Below the pieces are notes generated by a model that was not told the DNA's origin, did not search any database, and saw only the letters and a list, made by a program, of their open reading frames with translations. The translations under genes were made by a program, and so were the position numbers. This document shows positions 30,970-40,956 of a stretch of DNA of 64,000 nt, in pieces (positions within the stretch are counted from its first letter, which is position 1; each line of letters starts with the position of its first letter). The DNA comes from Candidatus Eiseniibacteriota bacterium (GTDB taxonomy: Bacteria > Eisenbacteria > RBG-16-71-46 > CAIMUX01 > VGJL01), in assembly GCA_963792585.1 (NCBI GenBank), contig CAWBWI010000001.1:224001-288000 (forward strand), in the 5' to 3' direction.

Positions 30970-31269
30970 CTAGTCCGGCTTGCGGAAGAGATCGTCGAGT
31001 TTCCTGCGCGCCTCCGCCGAGCGATCCGGTCCTCCCGCTCCCCGAGGGGTGTCTGCTAGCTGGTGGAAATCGCAGAAGTTGGCCCGCTCGCGATCGGTGA
31101 CCCATTCGGCGTTCGGCTCGCGGCACTTGTTGTTGACCCCCGGATCGTAATGCCGGCAATTCCGGCAGGAGTGCAGGTCCCGCGTGCAGTTGGGGCACTC
31201 CGACTCCCGCGGCACCGTAGCGAAGTCCGGGTAGGGCAGGCGTGTGGCGCACGACCAGCAGGACGGCAT
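30970..31269 (-). CDS. Small Cys-rich putative zinc-binding protein
   Basis: CWSC, CPNC, CRNC, C..NFCDF; start overlaps the stop of cca. Confidence 0.8.
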   Translation of the reverse strand: MPSCWSCATRLPYPDFATVPRESECPNCTRDLHSCRNCRHYDPGVNNKCREPNAEWVTDRERANFCDFHQLADTPRGAGGPDRSAEARRKLDDLFRKPD

Positions 31270-32684
31270 CAGCTCTCTCTCCTCTTGCGCCTCGGCGGCA
31301 GGCTCGCTTCGATCTCCGGGAGGATCTCGCCCGCGCGCGCGAGCAGGCGGCTCCGCTCGTTGCGCGCGGGATCTTCGAGAACCTCTTCGAGCAGGGCATC
31401 GAGAATCCGGCCGATGGCCGGACCTTCCGCGATGCCGAGCGTCTGCTTCAGGGATTCGCCGTCGACATCGAGGTCGCGGACCGAGAAGGCGGTGTCCTTC
31501 TCGCTCGGATCCCAACGATGCGCCTGCGCAGTTCGGTCAGCTCGGCGCTTACCGCGGAACGGCGCAGGCCGTTGCCCAATGTGTCGGCCCGACGCGCCGC
31601 GAACAGATCGTCCAGGTTCTCGGTACCGACGGTGCGGACGAAACGGCGGACGGCGCTGTCGGTCCACTCGGTGTTGTAGTGGAACATGTGCTGCTGGACC
31701 AGGTGGACGACCCTCTTGCGCTCCTCGTTTGGATACCGAAGCCGTCGCAGGATCGACTCGGCCTTGCGCGCGCTCCACGCCTGATGGTTGTAGAAGGTCA
31801 CGTGTCCGCCAGGCTCCTCCCGCCGCGCGTCGACCTTTCCCAGGTCGTGCAGCAGGGCCGAGAGGCGGACGACCCGGTTCTCCGCCGGGGCCTGGTCGAC
31901 GGCGAGGAGCGAGTGGTAGAAGACGTCGAATGCGTGGAAGCGATTCTGGCTCACCCCGTAGCAGGCCGAGAGTTCGGGTAGGAATCGGTCGAGAAGCCCC
32001 GTTTCGTGGAGCCGTTCGAGCGAGACGGAGGGACGCGGATGCCCGAGGATCCGGTCGAACTCCTCGCGGATCCTCTCGCGGGCGATCGCATCGAGAAGTG
32101 GCGCGCACCGCGGGAGCGCCCTGTAGGTCTCCTCCGCGATCGAGAAGTCGAGCTGCCCGGCGATCCGGATGCAACGGAGCATCCGCAGGGCATCCTCGCG
32201 GAACCGCTCGTCGGCGCGCCCGACGCAGCGGATCGTGCGCTCCTCGAGGTCTCGCCGGCCGCCGTGGGGATCGATGAGCGCCCCGTTGTCCAGGTCGAGC
32301 GCCATCGCGTTGACCGTGAAGTCGCGGCGGCAGAGGTCCTCCTCGATCGACGTCGTGAAGACGACCGAATCGGGGTGGCGCGCGTCCGAGTACGCTCCCT
32401 CCCGGCGGAACGTCGTGACCTCGTAGCTGCCGTCCGGTTCGACGACGAGGACCGTCCCGAACCGGATCCCGACCTGGATCGCGCGGGGGAAGAGCTCGGC
32501 GACGCGGTGCGGCAGCGAGATCGGTGGCGAAGTCCCAGTCGTGGATCTCGAGGCCCAGCATCAGGTCGCGCAGGCTGCCCCCGACGAGGCAGGCGCGGCC
32601 GCCGGCGTCGCGGATCCGTCGGACCAAACGCAGGGCGCCCGCCGGCATTGCGTTCTCGATCGGATCGGGGAGCGCGAGGTTCAT
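31269..32684 (-). CDS. cca: CCA-adding tRNA nucleotidyltransferase with HD domain (two compensating frameshifts, ~32515 and ~31510)
   Basis: VGGSLRD, DWD, EVTTFR, RRDFTVNAMA, EDALR, ERIREE, LLHDLGK. Confidence 0.88.
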   Translation of the reverse strand: MNLALPDPIENAMPAGALRLVRRIRDAGGRACLVGGSLRDLMLGLEIHDWDFATDLAAAPRRRALPPRDPGRDPVRDGPRRRTGRQLRGHDVPPGGSVLGRAPPRFGRLHDVDRGGPLPPRLHGQRDGARPGQRGAHRSPRRPARPRGAHDPLRRARRRAVPRGCPADAPLHPDRRAARLLDRGGDLQGAPAVRATSRCDRPREDPRGVRPDPRASASLRLARTAPRNGASRPIPTRTLGLLRGEPESLPRIRRLLPLAPRRRPGPGGEPGRPPLGPAARPGKGRRAAGGAWRTRDLLQPSGVERAQGRVDPATASVSKRGAQEGRPPGPAAHVPLQHRVDRQRRPPFRPHRRYREPGRSVRGASGRHIGQRPAPFRGKRRADRTAQAHRWDPSEKDTAFSVRDLDVDGESLKQTLGIAEGPAIGRILDALLEEVLEDPARNERSRLLARAGEILPEIEASLPPRRKRRES

Positions 32685-33361
32685 GGGCCGATTCTACAGG
32701 ATCGGGCGAGCTGTCCGACGCGTCGGTCGGCCTGACGGGTCGGTTCGGGGAGCCGGTATCCGCCCCCCATCTTCAGGACGAGGGCGGTCGCATCCTCGAG
32801 GGTTATCCGGTGCCCGATCGAAATATAGAGCGGCCGGACCCTGTCCCGCGTCCGGAGCAGCCGCCCGATGACCTCTCCCTCGTGCCGGATCTCCGTCGAG
32901 GCGCCGCGCCGAGGGCCCGGCTCGGCCGCCTGGCCGATCAGGCGGCTCTTGGCGACGCCGACCGCGGGAAGATCGAGGAGGATCCCGAGGTGGCAGGCCA
33001 GTCCAAACCGGCGTGGGTGTGCGCGCCCCTGTCCGTCGCACAGAATCGCGTCGGGACGCCGGATCTTCTCCATCGCCGCGACCAGCGCCGGTATCTCTCG
33101 GAAGGAGAGCAGGCCGGGAACGTAGGGGAACTGCAAGGGCAGGCACGCATCGGCGCTCTCGACCACCTCGAGCGTGGCGACGTCGAGCACGACGACTCCG
33201 GCAATGATCTCATCCGCCCGGATCGCGCAATCGCATCCGGCAACGCGCCGGATTTTCTCCCAATCCAGCCCCTGCACGCGTACGCGGCGCGCGAGCGCGG
33301 TTTGTAGCCGGGCCGCATCCGCAGGGGTCAGATTCCATGGGTGGAGCGATCGAATCCTCAC
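32681..33361 (-). CDS. nfi: Endonuclease V
   Basis: AGCD, FPYVPGLLSFRE, DGQG..HPRRFGLACH, GVAKS, PEPTRQAD. Confidence 0.95.
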   Translation of the reverse strand: MRIRSLHPWNLTPADAARLQTALARRVRVQGLDWEKIRRVAGCDCAIRADEIIAGVVVLDVATLEVVESADACLPLQFPYVPGLLSFREIPALVAAMEKIRRPDAILCDGQGRAHPRRFGLACHLGILLDLPAVGVAKSRLIGQAAEPGPRRGASTEIRHEGEVIGRLLRTRDRVRPLYISIGHRITLEDATALVLKMGGGYRLPEPTRQADRRVGQLARSCRIGP

Positions 33362-33419
33362 GCGATCATCCTGGACGGCCCGTCAATCGGGTGCAAGCGA
33401 ACGAACTGAGCTATAGTAC

Positions 33420-33433
33420 AGTAACCGGTTTCA
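33420..33433. promoter_or_regulatory. LacI-family/cre-like operator upstream of glgP
   Basis: AGTAACCGGTTTCA with palindromic core AACCGGTT, just downstream of TATAGT (33412-33417). Confidence 0.5.
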
Positions 33434-33489
33434 CCGACCGATACTTGATCGGGGCAAGCCGAGGGACCGGATTGCCGAGGGAGGAGTGC

Positions 33490-36062
33490 ATGCCGACGGT
33501 TCGCACGTTTCGGGTAGTTCCAAACCTGCCTGATCGACTTTTGCCCCTGGGAATCCTCGCCCGAAATCTCTGGTGGACCTGGACGCCGGACGCGGCCGAC
33601 CTGTTCCGCCGCATGGATTCCGACCACTGGGAGCGCACGCGCCACAACCCGGTCGACATGCTCGGGACCCTCGCGCAGGACAGACTCGAGGACCTCGCGG
33701 CCGACGAGGTCTTCCTCTCCAACATGGACCGCGTACTCGCGGAGTTGAACAACTACCTGTCGCGCCGCACCTGGTTCGAGCGGGCTCACGGCGACAGCGC
33801 GGGTTTGAATGTCGCCTACTTCAGCGCCGAGTTCGGGCTCCACGAGTCGCTGCCGATCTATTCCGGTGGCCTTGGCGTGCTGGCGGGCGATCACCTGAAG
33901 AGCGCGAGCGATCTTGGGCTTCCGCTCGTGGGAGTGGGTCTCCTCTACCGTCGCGGCTACTTCCGGCAGTACCTGAGCCGTGACGGGTGGCAGCAGGAGG
34001 TCCGGCCCTCCTACGACTTCGAGCGGATGGCCCTCCACTTCGAGACGGTCGAAGGGCGCCCGCGGCGGATCGCCGTCGAGATCGCCGGCCGCAACGTCGC
34101 CGCGCAGATCTGGCGCGCGCAGGTCGGCCGTGTGCCGTTGCTCCTGCTCGACACCGACCTGCCCGAGAACAACCCCGAGGACCGCAACCTGACCGATGAG
34201 CTGTACGGCGGGGACACCCGCCATCGAATCCGCCAGGAGATCCTGCTCGGCATGGGGGGCGTTCGCGCGCTGCAGGCGATGGGGATCGAGCCGACCGTCT
34301 ACCACATGAACGAAGGCCACTCGGCCTTCATGGCGATCGAGCGGATCCGGCAGGGGATGGAGCGAGAAGGGCTGACGCTCGAGGAGGCGCTCGAGAGCGT
34401 ACGGTCGAACTCGCTCTTCACGACCCACACTCCGGTCCCGGCGGGGCACGACGTGTTCCCGCAGGACCTGATGCGCGAGCACTTCGCGCCGCTCTGCGCC
34501 CGCCTGAACGTGCCGCTCGAGTCGCTCCTGCGCCTCGGCCGGGTCGAATCCTCGAACGCGGGCGAGCCTTTCTCCATGACCGTTCTTGCGATTCGAACGA
34601 GTTCCCAGGTCAACGGCGTCAGCCGGCTCCACGGCGTCGTCTCGCGTCGACTCTGGGCGCCGATGTTCCCGAAGGTTCCCAACGAACGAGGTCCCGATCG
34701 GCCAGGTCACCAACGGAATCCACATTCCGTCCTGGTATTCCCGCGAAGTTGCGCGTCTCTACTCGCGCTACATCGGCCCCCGCTGGCAGGAAGAGCCCGT
34801 CGACCGCGACATCTGGCAGCGGGTCGACCGCATTCCGGATGCCGAACTCTGGCGCGCCCGCGAGCGGCTGCGCGAGTCGTTGGTTTCCTTCTCACGCCGT
34901 CGACTCAAGGAACAGCTCCAGCGCCGCGGGATGCCCCACGTCCTCGTGGAGGCCGCCGAGGAGGCGCTCGACCCGGACGCGCTGACGATTGGATTCGCGC
35001 GGCGCTTCACCGTCTACAAGCGGGCGAACCTGATCCTCCGCGATCCGGACAGGCTCGCGCGTCTCCTGAACGATCCGGAGCGCCCGATGCAGATCGTCTT
35101 CGCGGGGAAGGCCCACCCGGCCGACCATCCCGGCAAGCAACTCATGCGCGAGATCGTCCACCTCGTTTCCGAGCCCCGTTTCCGGCGGCAGAATCGTCTT
35201 CCTCGAGGACTACGACATCGAGGTGGCCCGGCTGCTCGTCCAGGGAGCGGACGTCTGGCTCAACACGCCGCGCCGACCCCTGGAGGCAAGCGGCACCAGC
35301 GGGATGAAGGCGGTCGTGAGCGGCGGAATTCACCTGAGCGTGCTCGACGGCTGGTGGGCGGAGGCCTACGCGCCGGACAACGGCTGGGCGATCGGCAACG
35401 GCGAGGAGTACGACGACGCCGAGGTGCAGGATCAGGTCGAGGGCGAGGCGCTCTACGATCTGCTCGAGCACGACGTGATTCCACTCTTCTACAAGCGCAG
35501 CACCGATGGGCTGCCGCGCGGCTGGATTGCGCGGATCAAGTCCTCGATGAAGGCCCACTGCCCGGTCTACAACACGAACCGGATGGTCGAGGAGTACGCG
35601 CGCTGCTTCTACCTGCCGGCGCACCTCCGCTCGCGCTTCGTCGCCAACCATGTCCATTCGGGCGCGCGCGAGCTGGCCGCATGGCGCAGGCGGATGGAAG
35701 AAGCGTGGTCCGACGTGAAGATCCTCGAGCTCACCTGCGATTCCGAGGACCGTCCGGTCGGCGATGATCTTCCGGTCCGCGCGGTCGTTCGACTCGGCGC
35801 CCTGGGGCCGGAGGACGTCGTCGTCGAGGCGATCCACGGCGACGTCGACGGCGGAGGAGACCTGCACGACACCGAGAGTGTCGCCCTCAGTCCGGTGGGG
35901 ACTTCTGACGGGGTCGTCATCTTCCAGGGGAACGTGCCCTGCAGGCGAAGCGGATTGCGCGGTCTCTCCGCTCGAATCCGGCCCGCGCCGCGTCTGAACG
36001 TGGAGAACCCGTTCGAGGCGAACCTGCTCGACTGGTTCGAGGGGGAGACCCAGAACCACTGA
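33490..36062 (+). CDS. glgP: Alpha-glucan (glycogen) phosphorylase; frameshifts near 34685 and 35190
   Basis: YFSAEFG..YSGGLGVLAGDHLKSASD, NEGH, FTTHTPVPAG, TNGIH, FARRF..YKRA, EASGTSGMK. Confidence 0.93.
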
Positions 36063-36147
36063 TCCGCATGGGGCGGTGCGGCCGGTTGAAGTCCGCGCCG
36101 CGCTGCCCTATCCTTGCGCAATCGTCCCCGAAAGGAGAGCTTGCGCG

Positions 36148-38571
36148 ATGATGGATCGGGCCTACGACCCCCAAGAGGTCGAAGCTCGCTGGCAGGAATA
36201 CTGGGAGCGGGAGCGCACGAACGTCCCGGATCTCGATACCGCCCGGCGGCCGTTCTACAACCTGATGATGTTCCCGTATCCCTCCGCCGAAGGTCTCCAC
36301 GTCGGCAACGTCTTCGCCTTCACCGGTTCGGATATCCAGGGGCGCTACCAACGGATGCGGGGATTCAAGGTCTTCGAGCCGATCGGTTTCGATGCATTCG
36401 GGATCCACAGCGAGAACTTCGCGATGAAGGTCGGAACGCACCCGGCGCGCCTGATCCCGTCGAACATCGCCAACTTCCGCCGGCAGCTCACGCGCATGGG
36501 GTTCATGTTCGACTGGACCCGCGAGGTCCAGACGACCGATCCCGCGTACTACAGGTGGACCCAGTGGATCTTCTTGAAGCTCTTCGAGAACGGCCTGGCC
36601 TACAGGGCGAAGGCGCCGGTGAACTGGTGCCCTGCCTGCAAGACGGTCCTGGCCGATGAGCAGGTGATCGGCGGGATGTGCGAACGCCATCCCGACACCG
36701 CCGTCGAGAGGCGCGATACGGAGCAGTGGTTCTTCAGGACCACGGCCTACGCGCAACGCCTCCTGGACGACCTCGCCTGGATCGACTGGTCGGAGACGAC
36801 CCGTCGCGCGCAGATCAACTGGATCGGACGCAGCGAGGGAGCCGAGATCGACTTCGCGATCGAGGGGGCGGACGGAAAGATCCGCGTCTTCACGACCCGT
36901 CCGGACACCCTCTACGGAGCGACCTACATGGTCCTGGCCCCCGAGCATCCGCTCGTCGAGCTGCTCGCCTCCGCGGGAAGCGCGCACGGAGGTCGAGGCC
37001 TACCGCTGGCTGCACGTGCGCGCAAGGACGTCGAGCGTCTCGACGCCACGAGGGAGAAGACCGGGGTCTTCATCGGCGCCCATGCGATCAATCCCGCGAC
37101 GGGCCGGCCGATCCCGATCTGGATCTCCGACTACGTGCTGATGGGCTACGGGACCGGCGCGATCATGGCCGTCCCCGCGCACGACCAGCGCGACCACGAC
37201 TTCGCCACCCGCTTCGGGTTGCCGATCCTTCCGGTCATCTTCCCCCGCGAGGGAGAGCTTCCGGCGGGCGAGGCTTACGAGGGCGAAGGGGTGATGGGCA
37301 ACAGCGGCCCCTTCGACGGTTCGCCGTCGGAGGAAGCCAAGATGAAGATCACCGAGTACCTGGCCTCCAAGGGAGTGGCCGAGGCGAAGGTCAACTTCCG
37401 CCTCCGCGACTGGTGCGTGAGCCGGCAGCGTTACTGGGGACCGCCGATCCCGGTCGTCTACTGCGACGGCTGCGGCATCGTCGGCATCCCGGAGGAGCAG
37501 CTGCCGGTCCTGCTCCCCGAGACCGAGGACTTCGTCCCGGATGCGAGCGGCGTCTCTCCGCTGGCCCGCGTGAAGGATTTCTACCACGTCGACTGCCCGC
37601 GCTGCGGCAAGCCCGCGCGGCGGGAGACCGACGTCTCGGACAACTTCCTCGACTCGGCCTGGTACTTCCTTCGCTACCCCTCGACCGACCGCGACGATGT
37701 CGCATGGGATGCCGAGCGGACGAAGCGATGGCTCCCCGTGAGCCTCTACATCGGCGGCAACGAGCATGCGGTGCTCCACCTCATGTACACGCGATTCCTC
37801 TGCATGGCCTTCAAGGACATCGGTCTGACGGAGTTCGACGAGCCGTTCGTCCGCTTCCGCGCACACGGCCTGCTGATCAAGGACGGCTCGAAGATGTCGA
37901 AGAGCCGGGGAAACGTCGTCAACCCGGATGCCTACATCGCCCAGGTCGGAGCCGACAGCTTCCGGATGTACCTCATGTTCCTGGGTCCTTACGAAGAGGG
38001 GGGAGACTTCCGGGACCAGGGGATCGTCGGGATCCGCCGATTCCTGGAGCGCGCCTGGCGCTGGATCGTCGAGGAGCGCCCCGGTCTGCCCATGGGGGAT
38101 CTTCCCCAGGCCGCCAAGGTAAAGCTGCACCAGGCGATCGAGAAGGTCACGAAGGACACCGCGGGGCTGCAGTACAACACGGCGATCGCGACGATGATGG
38201 AGCTGTTAAACGTATTGCGGGAAGCCCCGGTTGCCGATCGATTCAGCGCGGAGGCATTTGTCCGTCTTCTGGCCCCCTATGCGCCGCACCTGGCCGAGGA
38301 ACTCTGGGTGGCCCTGGGCCACGCGCCGTCGGTGAGCGACGCCGGCTGGCCGGATTTCGATCCGACGCTCACGAAGGCCGACACGGTCGAGATCGCGGTG
38401 CAGGTCAACGGGAAGCTGCGCGACACGCTGCCAATGCCGCGCGGGAGCGTGCAGGAGACGGTGCAGGCGGCCGCAGTTGCGCGGGAGAAGATTTCCGCGC
38501 ATGTTCAGGGGAAGACGCTTCGGAAGGTCTTCTTCGTTCCCGACCGACTGATCAATCTGGTCGTCGGTTGA
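36148..38571 (+). CDS. leuS: Leucine--tRNA ligase
   Basis: MFPYPS..LHVGN, FTTRPDT, LRDW..SRQRYWG, KMSKS, VQVNGKLR; ~36975-37010 looks locally garbled by compensating indels. Confidence 0.97.
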   Translation: MMDRAYDPQEVEARWQEYWERERTNVPDLDTARRPFYNLMMFPYPSAEGLHVGNVFAFTGSDIQGRYQRMRGFKVFEPIGFDAFGIHSENFAMKVGTHPARLIPSNIANFRRQLTRMGFMFDWTREVQTTDPAYYRWTQWIFLKLFENGLAYRAKAPVNWCPACKTVLADEQVIGGMCERHPDTAVERRDTEQWFFRTTAYAQRLLDDLAWIDWSETTRRAQINWIGRSEGAEIDFAIEGADGKIRVFTTRPDTLYGATYMVLAPEHPLVELLASAGSAHGGRGLPLAARARKDVERLDATREKTGVFIGAHAINPATGRPIPIWISDYVLMGYGTGAIMAVPAHDQRDHDFATRFGLPILPVIFPREGELPAGEAYEGEGVMGNSGPFDGSPSEEAKMKITEYLASKGVAEAKVNFRLRDWCVSRQRYWGPPIPVVYCDGCGIVGIPEEQLPVLLPETEDFVPDASGVSPLARVKDFYHVDCPRCGKPARRETDVSDNFLDSAWYFLRYPSTDRDDVAWDAERTKRWLPVSLYIGGNEHAVLHLMYTRFLCMAFKDIGLTEFDEPFVRFRAHGLLIKDGSKMSKSRGNVVNPDAYIAQVGADSFRMYLMFLGPYEEGGDFRDQGIVGIRRFLERAWRWIVEERPGLPMGDLPQAAKVKLHQAIEKVTKDTAGLQYNTAIATMMELLNVLREAPVADRFSAEAFVRLLAPYAPHLAEELWVALGHAPSVSDAGWPDFDPTLTKADTVEIAVQVNGKLRDTLPMPRGSVQETVQAAAVAREKISAHVQGKTLRKVFFVPDRLINLVVG

Positions 38572-38587
38572 AGAGGGAGATTCGGGG

Positions 38588-39220
38588 ATGAACGGACGGA
38601 TCGGAATCACCTTGATGGCCGGCGCCCTCCTCCTCGCGGGCGGCCCCGCGATGGCGGAGCGCTTCTTCGTGACGGGACACGGCGGCTGGATCGACATCTC
38701 CGGTCATCGCGTCTCCGGAGTCGGCTTTCCATTCAAAGGGGGCCCAGCGGGAAGCGTCGAGGCCGGATTCCGCCTCTTCGGCAACGTCTCGGTGAGTGGC
38801 GAGTACGGACCGTACGCGAAGCAGCCGACCCGTGGTGTGCCGGAGGCGGCCGGAATCACCGAGGGCGCATTCCGGGCAACCGTGGGGCAGATCCGGATCG
38901 GCATGGAGCCGATCGAGAACCTGCGTCCCTACTTCTTCGCGGGCGGCGGGATGTCCCGCTTCCGCACGACCTATGCGGGTGCGGGGAAGATCTTCACCTA
39001 CGGAGGGGTCACGCACCTGCTCAAGGAAGAGAGCGTCAAGGCGGTGACCATCCTCGGCGGCGTGGGGTTCACCTATCCGCTCCGGTCGTGGCTCGATTGG
39101 GGCATGCGCACGCGCTATCTCTACAACCGTTGGCAGAGCTTGACCGATCTCAACCGGCCCCTCTCGTTCCCGAAGGGGGACGGATTCTCGGTCGACGCGA
39201 ACCTGACGATCGATTTCTAG
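38588..39220 (+). CDS. Outer-membrane beta-barrel protein (OmpA/OmpW-like)
   Basis: Signal peptide, amphipathic strands, RPYFFAGGG, C-terminal Phe. Confidence 0.8.
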   Translation: MNGRIGITLMAGALLLAGGPAMAERFFVTGHGGWIDISGHRVSGVGFPFKGGPAGSVEAGFRLFGNVSVSGEYGPYAKQPTRGVPEAAGITEGAFRATVGQIRIGMEPIENLRPYFFAGGGMSRFRTTYAGAGKIFTYGGVTHLLKEESVKAVTILGGVGFTYPLRSWLDWGMRTRYLYNRWQSLTDLNRPLSFPKGDGFSVDANLTIDF

Positions 39221-39849
39221 CGGGTCTTGATGAGGCGGCCCGCTTCGGCGCGCCCCGCAGCCCCGATCCGGTAGAAATACGATCCACGCGGGACGATCCG
39301 CCCTTGATCATCCCTTCCGTCCCAGGCGACGGCCCTCTCACCGTGCGGCATCGGCTCGTCGGCGACGATCCGGATCCGCCTACCCATTGAATCGAAGATC
39401 TCGATGCGGACATCGATGTCGGCGCCGGCGGCAAAGGCGGCCGGCATCCGAAAGCGAATCCCGACGGTCTCTTCGAACGGGGAGGGGAAGGCCGCGGACT
39501 GGAAGACCCGCTGGGCGAGTCCGGGGACCGCGACCGGTGCGGGACCGAGGCTCAGGGGCGCGCCCTGCGCATCCAGCAGATCGAACCGGTACCAGTAAGT
39601 CCGTCCTTCCACGACCACCGTGTCGAGCCACTCGCAGGCTTCCGTGCAGCCGATCCAGCGCGACGCGAGGGACACGAAGGGCCCGTCGGGGGAGTCTCCC
39701 CGTTGAATCGAGAAGGCGTTGTAGACGCCGGGCACGACGAGGTGGATGCCCGCCTCCTGGATCGATGCGGCGATCTCGACCGACCGGGACGGATGCGGAA
39801 CGAGGAGTGCGGCGGCCGCCAGCAGAATGCAAATTCGAGTAATGTGCAT
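39217..39849 (-). CDS. Small secreted protein with FlgD-Ig tail
   Basis: Signal peptide; YWYRF; PSPF...IFDSMGRRIR...WDGRDDQG..VPRGSYFY. Confidence 0.8.
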   Translation of the reverse strand: MHITRICILLAAAALLVPHPSRSVEIAASIQEAGIHLVVPGVYNAFSIQRGDSPDGPFVSLASRWIGCTEACEWLDTVVVEGRTYWYRFDLLDAQGAPLSLGPAPVAVPGLAQRVFQSAAFPSPFEETVGIRFRMPAAFAAGADIDVRIEIFDSMGRRIRIVADEPMPHGERAVAWDGRDDQGRIVPRGSYFYRIGAAGRAEAGRLIKTR

Positions 39850-40013
39850 GATAAGACCTCCGAATCCTATAGGGAGTCTACAGGACCAGGGGCCTCGTAC
39901 TGCAAGCGTCGATTCTCTCGATGAACTGCCGGTTGGGTCGTTGGAGATCGGGGCCGCGGGCCATGGTCCTACGAGGTGACTTCGCATGTGGAAGACAGCG
40001 TCCAACGCGACGT

Positions 40014-40199
40014 ACTTGTTGGACCCCTGCCGGAGCTTGCTGCTTCGCTTCCGGCGATTGCCTGCTAGGGACGGAGGGTGGCTGCGAGGAAGCCTTCGGG
40101 GCGTACATGGTCGACGGAGTTCTCTGCGATCTCAATCCTCGCGAGACGACGCTGGTTCAACGGAGCATCTGGGCGCGGGTCAGGGTGAGCAACCGCTAG
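40014..40199 (+). pseudogene. Remnant C-terminus of a Cys-repeat/TWG-tail protein
   Basis: GACCFASGDC...GCEE...CDLNPR..TLVQRSIWARVRVSNR*; no intact upstream ORF. Confidence 0.6.
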
Positions 40200-40956
40200 G
40201 TCGACGGATCCATTACGGATTCCCGCGGGCCAGGGGTGCCTGAGCGTTCACCAGAAGGGTCCAGGTTCGCGGTAGGAGCGGGGAGCCGGACAAGCAAGCC
40301 ACGAGCTTATCGTGGCGAGAGCGGTGGACGGAGTCTCGGTGGTGCAGGCCATCGGGGCTCGCCGTTTGTCCCAACAACCGCGCAGAGTTACGACGACGTC
40401 GCTGCGAGCCCGACTCTCTGTTGCGAAACTGTATCGAGCGCGACCGGTGCGAACCGCCGCGAGATGGGGCGTGAGAGGGCGAAACTCTCGCTCTATGCGT
40501 TCTCTACCCGCCAGTGGTGAACGACGCGGTTCGCTCCGGGGTACCGGAGAGGACGCTTCACGAACTGGCGTTCTCCCGGTGAACGCCGATGGGATCCCGG
40601 CATGCGAGCAGGGTTACCAGAGCGCAGAGATCGCTGGAAACGGATCCAGAGATCACCCCAAGGGGGCCAAGGTTGAAACATCGGACACAGCCAAGAGGCG
40701 ACGCCACCAACGACCGGACGGTCACTATCCCGACCGAACTGGGATCTTCGAAACGCCCGAAACTGTAACCGCGGTCATGGGACGACGCTGTGAAATCCAC
40801 TTGTCGCGGATGTCCGGTCAATCTATAATACTCGCGCGATCGTGAACCTCGCTTCTGCGATCAGAGGCGGTGGCGGGGTAGGAGCTTGGATGACCCGGCC
40901 GCGCACAAGTCAATATCGCCCGCGGCTCGGTGGGTTGGTTGCAGGGGAGGGTGACC

